64,000 nucleotides of DNA from Candidatus Latescibacterota bacterium. Its GTDB lineage: Bacteria; Latescibacterota; UBA2968. Below the pieces are notes generated by a model. The model ran no database searches. It saw only the letters and a list, made by a program, of their open reading frames with translations, and had not been told where the DNA came from. Each line of letters begins with the position of its first letter. Within the stretch, counting starts at the first letter, position 1. The stretch is taken from NCBI GenBank assembly GCA_965198115.1, contig OZ240241.1, positions 5,504,001 to 5,568,000 of the forward strand. The letters run 5' to 3'. The position numbers and the translations under genes are program-made. This document shows positions 34,333-45,587 of this stretch, piece by piece.

Positions 34333-35632
34333 TCAGGCCGAGGCCTCGAGGGCAGAGGACTGTGGTGGGAGGCTACGAAGCCCGAGCGCCGCGAAGAAGG
34401 CGATCAGAATGAATAGTGCGGCGAAAGCGAAGACGAAAGGGCCCATCGATCCGTAAAGTACACCCCCCACGGTCAATCCGAAAATGCTCGCCAGGCTGCC
34501 CGCACTGCTGGCGATTCCCTGAACGCGTCCCTGATAGTCCTGGTTCGTCGTCTTCGATAGTGACGACATGACCGATGGCCACATGAGGCCGTTTCCCAGG
34601 CCAATGCCGCAGCGCCGACATAGGTCATGACAATCGCCTCCGACAGAAAGAAGAGAAAGCTGCAGCCGAGGATCAGACTGCCGACGACGATGAGCCGGCC
34701 TTCGGACCACCGGAAGCGCGCTCGAGAGCCGGGCCCTGCACGACGGCCATGAGGAGTCCGAGAACGGCAAAGAACATACCTGTGTCTGCAAGTTCCCAAT
34801 CGAGTCGCTTCACGGCGTCGACAGGAAATGCGATGTAGTAGAAATTGAATCCCAGGAAGACCAGGAAGTAAATGAACAGGTGACGCCTGACCCCGGGGAA
34901 ACGAAGGACCTCTTGAAGACTGAGCACTTCCGGGCAACTGAGCGCATAACATTCCTTCTGCTCCTGACCGAACATCTTTCGGAGACACGCCGGATCCGGG
35001 TCACTGCTCAGCTGAGCTGGTCTCGTTTCCGGAAGCAGGAAGAGGATCAACAGCGTGGCGACGGTTGATATGAAGATCGCCGCCAGAATCGGGTTGGACA
35101 CCCCTCCCTCAGAAGCTCCGAGGACGCCGGCAATCGCCGGTCCTGCTACAAATCCCAGGTTCGAAGACACGGACATTCGGCCGAAGTTTGTGCTTCGGTT
35201 CTCGTCGTCAGAAACATCTGACAGATACGCATTCGCCACCGAAACGTTACCACCGGTAATCCCGTCGAGGATTCGTGCACCGAACAGAACGAGGAGGGAG
35301 AGAGTTACGGTGAAGGCCCCTACCATCTCCGACTCGATCTGCCATATTTCAGTCTTGGGCAGGTAGAGGGCTGCGAGGAAGATGCACCAGGAAATCAGGG
35401 TCCCGATCTGGCTCAGCAGGAGGATCCGGCGACGTCCATAGCGATCGGACCAGCGGCCGAGAATCGGTGCGCCGATCAACTGGAAGACCGAATAAGCGGC
35501 TCCGAGAAATCCGTAGACGAATGCGTTGCCACCCAGGTCGAGCACCAGGAAAACCAGGAACGGCATCACAATGCTGAACCCGAGGGTGCCGACGAAGTTC
35601 ACGGCCAGTATGGGAAACAGTCTCTTGTCCAT
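34333..35632 (-). pseudogene. TetA-like MFS transporter with two frameshifts (~34712, ~34607)
   Basis: LGRWSDRYGRR, DGITGGNVSVANAYLSD; C-terminal segments RWSEGRLIVVG and GLGNGLMWPS...QGRVQG in successive frames. Confidence 0.8.
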
Positions 35633-35941
35633 CGGCTTCTCTCTTATGACACTGTTAAGTCCGATCCCATTGCGATCTCGAGGACCACTGGGCGGCATCC
35701 CCGAGCAGGAAACCGGCACCTGAAGACAGGGCTTGAAAATCAACTGATGACCCTACAGTTTCTTCGGAATATCGTCAAGAAGAGAGGCGATCGCCCCACG
35801 ACGCCCATCAGTGGAGAATGTGTGTCGTGGAGCGTCTTGCGCTTCAATCGCAAGCTCAGCCTTCTAAGAAAGCCTTGATAGGAAGAGTAAACGGCAGCGT
35901 GTCGGAGTCTCAGCAAATGTTGAAGACATCAGGGAGGTAAG

Positions 35942-37570
35942 ATGGCGTTTTCTGGGTTCGGAACGGTGCACAGGCCCACTGTGACGGGCAAGTGTGGAAT
36001 GGTGGCCTCGGCCCATCCATTGGCATCACTCGCAGGGCTGCGGATTCTGATGGAGGGCGGGAATGCGATTGATGCGGCAGTTGCAACAGCAGCGGCCCTG
36101 AACGTGGTGGAGCCGTATATGTCTGGCCTGGGTGGCGACGGGTATATGCACATCTACAGCGCGAATAAGAAAGAACATCAGGTTCTGGACTATATGGGAC
36201 GTGCGCCCGGCAGGGCCGAAATAGGACTTTTCGACAATCCTGAGAAGCGGGAGTTGGGTCCGCTCAGTTGTCTGGTGCCAGGCGCTTGTGGGGGGTGGTT
36301 GGAAGCCCTGGCGCGTTACGGGACAATGGATACGGAAGCGGTCTTTGGACCGGCGATTGAATACGCCGAGGACGGATTCGCAGTGACCGTCAAGAACCAT
36401 GAGTTTATCGGGGGGGCAGTTCCAAATCTGCTCAGGTTTCCGGCCTCCGCCGAAAACTATCTGACCGGTGGCACAGGACCTCGGCCCGGCGAGGTGTTGG
36501 TTCAGAAAGATCTGGCGCAGACGTTTCGAGCTATTGCCGAAGGAGGATCCGAGGTTTTCTACAAGAGTGAAATTGCGGAACGGATCGTGAAATACGTGGA
36601 AGAGCACGGCGGGATCATGACCATGGATGATCTGTCCGGGTTCTCACCGGAGTGGCAAGATCCGATTTATACGACCTATCGGGGACACCAAGTGTTTGCG
36701 CCCCCTCCACCGTGTCAGGCAGTTCAGTATCTGGAGATGCTGAATATTCTGGAGGGGTTTGATCTGGAAGAGATGGGACACAACACCGTTGATACACTGC
36801 ACCTGTTCATCGAAGCCGCAAAGCTTGCCACGGCCGATCGCGTGGCCTATGCGGGGATTGAGAACCCACCCACGGCAGGCCTGATTTCGAAGGCGTTTGC
36901 AGAGGACCGCAGGGGTCTCATTGGCGACCGAGCCACGTATTCGGGTGGAGAAGTCTACAGCAGCTCGCCCGATGCGCTTTCATCGGGAGACCCACACGCG
37001 TGGATGGCGACAGAGTGCACAACTCATTTTGACACGGTGGATTCGGAGGGCAATGCGGTGTCGACGACCCAGAGTCTGGGCGGCGCATTTGGTTCTGCGG
37101 CGGTCGTGCCCGGCACCGGTCTCGCGCTCAATAACTTCTTAAAATGGTTCGATTACGATCCCGACAGCCCCAACGTGATTGGACCGAGAAAGAAGATGGA
37201 GATGTGTATGTCTCCGGTACAGGTGTGGGACGATGAGAGATTGAGGCTATTGATCGGGACGCCTGGCAGTTACGGGATATTACAGACGACGCTCCAGATG
37301 ATTATGAATGTGATGGACCACGGGATGCACGTACAGGCGGCGATCGAAGCGCCCAGGCTGAAGACATCTCTGGGATACAGGGTGGATGTGGAGACCCGGA
37401 TTTCTGAAGAAGTGCTGGGAGAACTGGAGCAGAAAGGACACGAGTTCAATCGACTGGGAGACTGGTCGGCGGGTGTTGGAGGTGGACAGGGAATCGAGGT
37501 GGATCGGGAGACAGGATCGTTCATGGGTGGGGCGGATCCGAGGCGCGATGGGTATGCGCTCGGTTTCTGA
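35942..37570 (+). CDS. ggt: Gamma-glutamyltransferase family protein
   Basis: GGNAIDAAVATAAALNVVEP, CTTHF autoprocessing Thr, GTPGS, GGADPRRDG. Confidence 0.92.
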   Translation: MAFSGFGTVHRPTVTGKCGMVASAHPLASLAGLRILMEGGNAIDAAVATAAALNVVEPYMSGLGGDGYMHIYSANKKEHQVLDYMGRAPGRAEIGLFDNPEKRELGPLSCLVPGACGGWLEALARYGTMDTEAVFGPAIEYAEDGFAVTVKNHEFIGGAVPNLLRFPASAENYLTGGTGPRPGEVLVQKDLAQTFRAIAEGGSEVFYKSEIAERIVKYVEEHGGIMTMDDLSGFSPEWQDPIYTTYRGHQVFAPPPPCQAVQYLEMLNILEGFDLEEMGHNTVDTLHLFIEAAKLATADRVAYAGIENPPTAGLISKAFAEDRRGLIGDRATYSGGEVYSSSPDALSSGDPHAWMATECTTHFDTVDSEGNAVSTTQSLGGAFGSAAVVPGTGLALNNFLKWFDYDPDSPNVIGPRKKMEMCMSPVQVWDDERLRLLIGTPGSYGILQTTLQMIMNVMDHGMHVQAAIEAPRLKTSLGYRVDVETRISEEVLGELEQKGHEFNRLGDWSAGVGGGQGIEVDRETGSFMGGADPRRDGYALGF

Positions 37571-37703
37571 TCCCGTTCCTTTGTGTGCACAGCCTGCGTA
37601 GAACGCACTCTCGAAACACACCCAGCTCAACTCCGCCGGACACGGCGGCGTGACGTCTGTTTCTCACGCGGCTTCCGACTGGAAGATCTCGGAGTATTGC
37701 CTC

Positions 37704-39107
37704 ATGAACCAAAAGACGTGCGACATTCTCATTCATAACGGCCAGATCCTGACCATGGACCCGGAGCGCAGGATTTACAATCCGGGAGCGGTGGCCATCG
37801 CAGGTTCGCGTATCGTGGGGATTAGCGCCGATGCGGAGCTGCGACAACGATTCGTCGGGCGTCAAACGATCGATGCCGAAGGCGCGATCGTCCACCCCGG
37901 CTTCATTGACGCACACAATCATATCGTGCACACCACATGTCGGGGGATCTTCGACAACATCCACGACGCGGGTGCACCCGTCAATTTCGCTGATTGGAAA
38001 GCCGGCGTCACCCCTGAGGACGAAGCGGCCGCCATTGCCATGGCCACGGTCGAGCTGCTCCGCAGCGGCTTCACGATGTTCATTGAGCCGGGCTCCCTGT
38101 TTTCGACCGATGCGGGAGCGGATGCGGTCGAGCGTGTGGGCACGAGAGCCATGTTCGCCCCGCTCTATCTTTGGGATCGGCGCGAACCCTTCGATGCCGT
38201 GCCCTCACTCGAGAGTGCGAGCCTGATGGCTCGCGCACCGATCGACCACGACCGGTCGATGGGACAATTGGATGTGGAGCTGCACCGCAACCAAGACCCC
38301 GAGGCGTTGGTCCGCGGCTACATCTTCGTTTACGGGATCGGGACGGCCTCGCCTGAATTGCTGCAATCCGCCCACGCTTGTGCTCGCGACAACGACGTAC
38401 CGCTGCACCTGCACGCCGGTTACACCCTCAAGGAAGCCGAGATCTACCGTGCAATGTACGGCGTCAGCCAGCTCGTACACTTACAACAGCTGGGGGTCCT
38501 CGACGAGCATACCGTCGTCGTCCACACCTACGCGCTGGAAGAAGCCGATGAAATGGCAGCTCGCGAATCGGGCTGCCAGATTGCGTGGTGCCCGGCCGCG
38601 TTTTTCTCGCTAGGCATCGCACAGAGTGTGAGCTTCAAGATGGCGGAGCGCTATCGTCGAGGCCTCCGGCTCTCCCTGGGCACAGACGGTCCTCGCAACG
38701 GCACACCCGGCGAGACCATGCTCGCGGCGCGTTTCGTCTCACAAGCCTACGCGGATCCCCTTTCCCCTGGCGCGCTACTCGAAATGCAAACCATCAACGC
38801 TGCCGCTGCCGCCGGGCTGGACGCAGAGCTGGGAAGTCTGGAGTCCGGGAAGCGCGCGGATGTCGTCGTGAGATCGCCACGGGTGGCTGAAGCCTATCCC
38901 GACAACAACCCGACGCACATCCTGGCACTCACGATGAGGGCCGGCAGCGTGGAAACGGTTCTGGTGAACGGCGAGGTTGTCTTCAGCGGAGGACACTCGA
39001 CCCGAGTGGATGAGTCCGAGGTTTACCGAACCGTCTCTGATTCGGTCGTTGCGCGAGCGAAGCGGCTCAATATCGATCCCGGCCCGGATTGGCCAATCGT
39101 GAGCTGA
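37704..39107 (+). CDS. Amidohydrolase family (SsnA/MtaD-like deaminase)
   Basis: PGFIDAHNH, LHLHAG, LGTDG, GSLESGKRAD. Confidence 0.88.
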   Translation: MNQKTCDILIHNGQILTMDPERRIYNPGAVAIAGSRIVGISADAELRQRFVGRQTIDAEGAIVHPGFIDAHNHIVHTTCRGIFDNIHDAGAPVNFADWKAGVTPEDEAAAIAMATVELLRSGFTMFIEPGSLFSTDAGADAVERVGTRAMFAPLYLWDRREPFDAVPSLESASLMARAPIDHDRSMGQLDVELHRNQDPEALVRGYIFVYGIGTASPELLQSAHACARDNDVPLHLHAGYTLKEAEIYRAMYGVSQLVHLQQLGVLDEHTVVVHTYALEEADEMAARESGCQIAWCPAAFFSLGIAQSVSFKMAERYRRGLRLSLGTDGPRNGTPGETMLAARFVSQAYADPLSPGALLEMQTINAAAAAGLDAELGSLESGKRADVVVRSPRVAEAYPDNNPTHILALTMRAGSVETVLVNGEVVFSGGHSTRVDESEVYRTVSDSVVARAKRLNIDPGPDWPIVS

Positions 39108-39154
39108 TCGACCGGATTGACCAGGCGCGTTGTGGAGGGGTGTGGAGCCCAGTG

Positions 39155-39967
39155 TCAGCCCGTCAGCGCCTGATGCAACCGTTCGAGAAACGCGAGCTTA
39201 TCCATCTTTTCGGCGATTCGACCATCGTCCTGCGTGCGCTGATCCTTGTCAAAGCCGTGATTGGCCTGTATCTGGTCGCTGAAGAACGGTTTGGGGTTGT
39301 CAGCGCCTTCGATGTCTTCCTGTATTGCCTTCTGAAGCTGCGGAATCCGTCCCATCAGATGATCCACATCCCTCGGCTTGAAATCTTCTGCAAGCTGTAG
39401 GAACTGGATGCCGTCGCCGTCGTTGTAGAGACCGTCCCGTCCAGCGCCTGACAGATACGTCACCAGAATGTTGCGGCGAGCTTCGCTTTCCCAGATGGGA
39501 CGACGCGCGATGGCCTTGAACAAGGGTCGCTCCTGGACGAAGGACTCCTGCCCGAGCAGGCTCCAGACCGGCTCGGGAATCGCGCCGTCCAGCCGAAGGC
39601 GATAGACGTAGCGTTCGAGAATCACCTCCTGCAGCACGACCCTGAAATCACCATCACGCGTCACGAGCTCCGCACGCGTCGGCCGCGCCTCCAGCTGTTC
39701 CACCAGCGCCGGCCATTCCTCCCTCGGAACGGACTCGGCGCCCAATAGCTCCGCAAACACGGCTTGATCCGGCAGCTTCGGTGTGAACAACGGCGACAGG
39801 ATCAGCTCGTATTCGTGTTCCTCCAGGTCCGCCAGCCCGGTCTCGAGAAACACGCCCACCTCGTCACGGTCGATTTCGTGAGTGCTCCAGATATTGTCGA
39901 TGATCCGATCGGGGACCTCCCGGGGGCGTTCCAGTTCTTTGGCTATCGTCTCTATCAATTGTGACAC
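39155..39967 (-). CDS. Hypothetical protein
   Basis: 270-aa ORF with RBS ggagagg; helical composition; no motif recognised. Confidence 0.7.
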   Translation of the reverse strand: MSQLIETIAKELERPREVPDRIIDNIWSTHEIDRDEVGVFLETGLADLEEHEYELILSPLFTPKLPDQAVFAELLGAESVPREEWPALVEQLEARPTRAELVTRDGDFRVVLQEVILERYVYRLRLDGAIPEPVWSLLGQESFVQERPLFKAIARRPIWESEARRNILVTYLSGAGRDGLYNDGDGIQFLQLAEDFKPRDVDHLMGRIPQLQKAIQEDIEGADNPKPFFSDQIQANHGFDKDQRTQDDGRIAEKMDKLAFLERLHQALTG

Positions 39968-40289
39968 GTCGTAAGTTCCTCTCCAGTCGTGCTCCGGCCG
40001 AGCGTAGTCACGTAGCGGGCATTTTCCCGAGTTGCGTAGGCTCGGTGTCTACCATACGTGACAAGAAGAATAAGGGAACCATTCGGGGCCGCAAGGTCGG
40101 TGTCGGCCGAACAAGTCTCGGGTCGCTCGAGTATGCCGTGGCATAGGACAAACCTGACCAGGTGCATCGTGGAAACTGACAGGCGTTCGTAGAGCAAGTG
40201 AATATATTGGAGGTGGATCACCAACCGCCGTCGGGGCGCGGCTGCTCGAATGCTATTTGCACATTGCTTCGACAACAGAGGGATGACCT

Positions 40290-40781
40290 ATGACTGATGA
40301 AGGTATTCCCAAGATCGTGGGTGTGTGCCACGTAGGGCTGCACGCGGAAGATCCAACGGCCCTTGCCGATTTCTACAGGGACACGATGGGTATGCAGGTC
40401 GTTGGCAGTCGGTCTGGAACGGATGGATCAGATTGCGCCTTCCTCAGCAGCCGGCCGGACGAGGAATCTCACGAAATCGTCTTCTTCGCAAATCCTGCGG
40501 GCAGGCACACTGCGTTAAAAGTCAAATCATTGGCGGACTTGCGCACCTTCTACCAACACATCGTAGATCGGGGCGTGGCAATCAAAAGATCCGTCAACCA
40601 CGGGGTATCGCTCGCCTTCTACTTCGATGATCCAGAGGGAAACACGATCGAAATCTACTGGGCGACGGGGCTTGCGTACGGCCAACCCTATGGCCACCGT
40701 GTCGACTTGACGCTGAGTGAAGAGGCGCTGCTGCAAGACGTGACAGAACTGGCTGCCAAAGTCGGCGTTCCCTATCCATAG
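40290..40781 (+). CDS. VOC (glyoxalase / extradiol dioxygenase-like) family protein
   Basis: HVGL, FYRDTMGM, HEIV, NHGVSLAFYFDDPEGNTIEIY. Confidence 0.88.
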   Translation: MTDEGIPKIVGVCHVGLHAEDPTALADFYRDTMGMQVVGSRSGTDGSDCAFLSSRPDEESHEIVFFANPAGRHTALKVKSLADLRTFYQHIVDRGVAIKRSVNHGVSLAFYFDDPEGNTIEIYWATGLAYGQPYGHRVDLTLSEEALLQDVTELAAKVGVPYP

Positions 40782-40849
40782 AGCCATGCTGATTTCGCGT
40801 CCTTGAACGGACGCCCCAACTACACCTCTTAGTCAGATGAGGAGAAGCC

Positions 40850-41511
40850 ATGCGCTTGATCATCATTGGCTGTGAATTCACAGGTAAACGACCCTGGCAC
40901 GGAACCTAGGCGAGTGGATGGAGCGCGAGCTCGGTTCGTGTACGACGAGCTTTCACGACCACTTCCTGCCGTGGGATCCGGCCGACCCAGGACCCAAGGG
41001 GGAGCGTATTGACGACGAATTGAAACTGCTGTCGCTGAACGAGCCTTCGGTCGTGGACAAGTACAACCGCTACGTCATCCACTACCATACGCACCCCGGC
41101 TTCTACGCCAGTCCGGACCACTGTGTCGTCGGCTGGTACTACGCCGACGCCGTCTATGGGCCGCTCTACTACGGCTTCGGCGGCCCTGGCCATGAGGCTG
41201 ACCGACAGATCATGGCGCGGTCATACGATGCGATGGTAAAGCAGATGGCGCCGGACACGGTGCTCGTCTACCTGACTGCCGACGCCGAGGTGATCCGCGA
41301 GCGGCAGGCCGCGCAACCGCGACCGTATCCCAAGGCGGAGGACATCGAGCACATCCAGCAGCGCTTCGCTGAAGAGTTCGAGCGGTCGCTGCTGGACCAC
41401 CGCATCACGCTGGACACCAGCACGAAGACCCCGCAAGAAACGTTGGAGGACTTCGTCGGGCAGATGGAACCCCACTGGACCCCGGCCGATCGGCTGCGGC
41501 GAAGAGTCTGA
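40850..41511 (+). pseudogene. NMP-kinase-like P-loop protein, frameshifted inside Walker A (~40887)
   Basis: ATG 40850 gives MRLIIIGCEFTGK; adding one A yields GKTTLARNLGEWMERELG, continuing into ORF 40918. Confidence 0.78.
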
Positions 41512-41767
41512 ACCGGTGGACGGTTGACCCCTCGACTCCCCATCGATACGTACCTGTCGGCACTACTCAGGACACGGCGCTCGGGACAGGCGAAAACACG
41601 CCCATTGCGGATCGCGAATGGGGACTTCTCGACCCTTCGCTACGTCCTTGCTTCGCATGACTACTCAGGACACAGCTCCGCCCGAAGTGACCCTGCTTTC
41701 GTTCATTCTACAGTGCGATTAATGTAACACCCCACATACCCATCCTCATAAATCCTAGAGAGGAACG

Positions 41768-43234
41768 ATGAGTAACCCAACCCACCGCCCGCGCAACATC
41801 CTCTACATCTTCACCGACGACCAGAGCTATCGCTCGGTGAGCTGCTATCCTGGAGCGCATCCGTGGGTGAGAACACCGAACATCGACCGCCTCGCGCGTG
41901 AGGGTGTCCGCTTCACCAACTGCTACACTGGGGCCTGGTGCGCTCCGTCGCGCGCCACCTACCTGACGGGCAAGCTTCAGCACGGCATCACGAGCGTGCA
42001 TCTGCCCTCGGGCTATCCGAACTTCATCCGCGATCCGGACCGGTGTCCTTACTGGCTCGAGGATCTCCGTGAGAACGGCTGGTACACCGGCATCATCGGC
42101 AAGTGGCACACCGGTCCCGATCACGGCCACGGCCGCTACTGGGACTTCTCTGCAATCTGGGACCACAGCCAACCCGAGAAGTACGGACCCTATTACACCA
42201 ACCAGAAGATGAGCATCCAGGGAGGGCCACCGGAAGAGGTGGGTGGCTACTCTACGGACAACTACACGGAGTTTGCTCTGGAGTTCTTGCGTGGACGCAC
42301 CGAGGAACCGGACAAGCCCTGGCACCTCTGGCTGTGCTACGACGGGGTGCACGGGCCTTGGACGGTGGCGGACAGACATCTCAAGGATTATTCGGAGGTC
42401 CCCCAGGTCCCAACGCCCGAGGACATCTATCCCCCGCGACCCACCAAGGCCGCGCACATGCGCCCCTACGGCATGTGGCGCGAAGATGACAACGGCCAAC
42501 CGGTCTTCATCACGGACGGCCGGACGCTCACCAACTGGGTGCAGCAGTACAACCGTGCGGTACGCGCGCTAGATGAAGGCGTCGGCCGGGTCATCGACGT
42601 CGTTGAAGAGATGGGGCAGCTGGACGATACGTTGGTCGTCTTCACGTCCGACCAGGGCTTCGCCTGGGGGCAACACGGCTTCTGCCACAAGTTCGCGCCC
42701 TACGATGCCAACATCAAAGCCCCGATGATCATGCGGATGCCGAGCCTCATCGAAGCTGGCACGGTATGCGACGCACCCATCGGCGGACAGGACATCCCGC
42801 CGACCTTCCTCTCACTGATCGGGATGGAGCCACCCTGGCCCATGCACGGCCACGACCTGTCGCCGCTACTCGCCGAACCAGACGCCGAATGGGATCATCC
42901 CCTTCTGATGGAAAACACGCGCTACAACTTCGGCGAATACACCGATGTCGGCACCGGTGAGGCCGAAGGCGGGATTCCTTGGTGGGTGTCGCTACGCACG
43001 GGGAAATACAAGTACATCCGCTGGCTCGTTCACGGTGAGATCGAGGAGATGTACGACCTCGAGAACGATCCTGAGGAGCTGGAGAACCTCGCGCTGGAAC
43101 CGGGGCATCACGAGCGGTTGGCTCGACTGCGCCAGCAGACCATTGACGAGCTTCGTCGGACGGAGGCAGGAATGGTGGACAACCTGCCGCCGGTAATGGT
43201 GTTGACGAAGGAGGAGCTACTGGGCGGCGTATGA
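41768..43234 (+). CDS. Formylglycine-dependent sulfatase
   Basis: NILYIFTDD, CAPSRA (CxPxR), GKWH, FTSDQG, YDLENDPEELENL. Confidence 0.93.
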   Translation: MSNPTHRPRNILYIFTDDQSYRSVSCYPGAHPWVRTPNIDRLAREGVRFTNCYTGAWCAPSRATYLTGKLQHGITSVHLPSGYPNFIRDPDRCPYWLEDLRENGWYTGIIGKWHTGPDHGHGRYWDFSAIWDHSQPEKYGPYYTNQKMSIQGGPPEEVGGYSTDNYTEFALEFLRGRTEEPDKPWHLWLCYDGVHGPWTVADRHLKDYSEVPQVPTPEDIYPPRPTKAAHMRPYGMWREDDNGQPVFITDGRTLTNWVQQYNRAVRALDEGVGRVIDVVEEMGQLDDTLVVFTSDQGFAWGQHGFCHKFAPYDANIKAPMIMRMPSLIEAGTVCDAPIGGQDIPPTFLSLIGMEPPWPMHGHDLSPLLAEPDAEWDHPLLMENTRYNFGEYTDVGTGEAEGGIPWWVSLRTGKYKYIRWLVHGEIEEMYDLENDPEELENLALEPGHHERLARLRQQTIDELRRTEAGMVDNLPPVMVLTKEELLGGV

Positions 43235-43310
43235 AACGGTGGGCGGTCGGCAGTATGCGGTGGGCGGTGTCATTGACCCTTATGATTCCGGCAGATGACC
43301 TTATCCCGGA

Positions 43311-44630
43311 GTGCAGCCATTGATTCGGGCCATCGAACACCAGGGCGTGCTCATCCGAGAAGCGGGCCTACCCGGAGAGACGCGTGCCGAAGACATCGTG
43401 CCCGCGCATCCCAACGGTACCCAGGTGAGCCGCAACCGATGGCTCCTCGTCTACGCGACCCGTGGATTCCGCGGCGTCGACGACGACTTGAGTATTCTCT
43501 ACCAGCTCCGGAGCAAAACCCCTGACGGGACGCTCGTCGCCGAGGGTGTTCTCGCCAAATGGATCGACGACTGGGATCCGCTTGGAGACGGGAATCACTA
43601 TGTCAAGCAGCACGGTCATCCCGTCGTCTTCGGCGTACCCAAAGGCGCGCTCGTCCAAGGCCAGCCGGCCCCGAGTGCCAACTGCTTCGTCGCCAAGTGG
43701 CGACAGTGTGCGCGCGTACTCGACCCGGACACCGGCCACCTCGTCCACGGAACATCCGATCCGGAACTCAAACGACGTACGCAGTCCGTTGGATAGATTC
43801 AGTTCCGCCTGAACGCAGACGAAACCGATATCGAGATCACCCAGCCGGCGGGCGCTCTCCGTCAGGTCGGCTACGAGAGCGGGCCCGCTTTCTGCAGTCA
43901 CACGTCCGTCGTCGCCATGAACCAATCGTTCACCCAAGCGGTCCCGTTCGACGATGCCGGCACGGAATGGGCGGACTGCAATCACTTCGACGGACGCCGC
44001 CTCGCCGCCCTCCGATACACCTTCAATCGCACGACCGGGCTCTACGAATGGACCGAGACAGGCCCGCTGGTGGACAGCGACCATCCTCTGACCGAGGCCA
44101 GCGTGTGCCCCTACGGATCGGATTGGATCATCGCCGCTCGAACCAGTCAAGCCGTGGGTGGCGTCGCCTGGAGTCGCACGGCCGACCCTTTCACCACCGT
44201 GCCCGAACCTTGTTTTCCTGGCACGATCAACTCCAACGCACCCGTCACCGCCTATACTTGTCCGGATGGCGCGTTACGCCTCTTCGGGGGCGACGTCGAC
44301 GCCTCGCCCTACGGGAACGGTCGGGACCCCCTCTACTGCTGGGACGTCGATCCCGACAACGGATACACGACGTCCCATCGTCGAGAGGTCTTCGACACGG
44401 TCAAGGCCGATCTCCCCATCGACCACCGACCGACTGTCGATATGTGCAAGCTTCTCCCCCACACGGGCGGCCCGTCCCAATACATCGCGCACCGCGTTCG
44501 CCCCAAGAGTACACGCGATCCGGTCTACACGGGTCAGGCTGTCTCCGAGGCCGAGATCGATTGCGCGGGCATCTACTACGCCCGCGTCGAGTACGACGAC
44601 GCGTATCCATCTCCGTGGACCTTCGAATGA
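43311..44630 (+). pseudogene. Hypothetical protein (possibly beta-propeller/sialidase-like) with an in-frame TAG at 43794-43796
   Basis: ORFs 43311 and 43917 share a frame; sequence after the TAG (IQFRLNADE...) stays open. Confidence 0.7.
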
Positions 44631-44661
44631 CCCCAAGGCTGAGATCACTGGTCGACAATTC

Positions 44662-45555
44662 ATGAAAAAAACGACCCTGAAGCTCGCCCTCATCTCCATG
44701 AAGCACCGCCTCGGCGATATAGCGTTCAACCTCGAGCGGCATCATCTCTGGATCAAACGCGCGGCGAGGACGGGTGCATCCTTCGTCGGCTTCCCCGAGT
44801 TCAGCTTAACCGGCTGGACCTACGATCGAACGCAGGCGCTACCCCTCGACGCTACTCCCCTTCAGCAGATCGAGACGTGGGCCCGGGAGTACGAGCTCTT
44901 CATCGGGACGTGTCTTACGGAACGATCGGGCAAGCGCCTCTTCAACACGACCGTCATCTACGGTCCGCGTGGTCGCGTCGGCTCGATGCGCAAGATCAAC
45001 CTCATCGCCAAGGAGGCCGTGCACTACACGCACGGAAACGCGTTCGGCGTCTTCGACGTCGCCGGATGCCGGATGGGCATCGCCACGTGCGCTGACGCCA
45101 CACGCTACGAAGTGCTCCACATCCTGTCGTTGAAGGGGGCCGCGGTCATCTTCGCACCGCACGCGAACACACTCGGCACGTATGGGGGGACACCATCCGG
45201 TTGGTTGCGTTGGCGAATGGAGCGATGGCCGCTGTTCGCCCGAGATTGCGGCGTCGTCATCGCCGGGGTCAACAACGCCGGTCTATTCGAGAAATCCCTC
45301 GACGACGAGCAGGAAACAGCCTACTGCGGTGGCGGCGCCGTCATCGACTGGGAAGGGAACGTCGTCGACCGTGTTCGTCTTCGACGCAAGAAGGAGTGTA
45401 TGTTCGTGTCGACCATCGACCTTGCCGCCCTAGGCGAAGCCCGCAAGAACAGTGTCATAGGGAGTGTTCCGCTCGGACGTGATCTACGGCAAGGCCATCT
45501 CATAGGTCTGCAAAACGTCTCACCAGCCGGTACTGCGTTCCGCTTCGGCCAGTAG
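44662..45555 (+). CDS. Carbon-nitrogen hydrolase (nitrilase superfamily)
   Basis: FPEFSLTG, RKINL, ATCAD (Glu-Lys-Cys triad); 3' end may be frameshifted. Confidence 0.85.
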   Translation: MKKTTLKLALISMKHRLGDIAFNLERHHLWIKRAARTGASFVGFPEFSLTGWTYDRTQALPLDATPLQQIETWAREYELFIGTCLTERSGKRLFNTTVIYGPRGRVGSMRKINLIAKEAVHYTHGNAFGVFDVAGCRMGIATCADATRYEVLHILSLKGAAVIFAPHANTLGTYGGTPSGWLRWRMERWPLFARDCGVVIAGVNNAGLFEKSLDDEQETAYCGGGAVIDWEGNVVDRVRLRRKKECMFVSTIDLAALGEARKNSVIGSVPLGRDLRQGHLIGLQNVSPAGTAFRFGQ

Positions 45556-45587
45556 TACGCCCACCTCTGGTGATGGATCCATAGTAG

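Noticed and set aside
44158-44661. 168-aa Ser/Pro/Arg-rich N-terminal extension of the nitrilase ORF
   Set aside because: It overlaps the upstream gene in another frame; the plausible start is ATG 44662.
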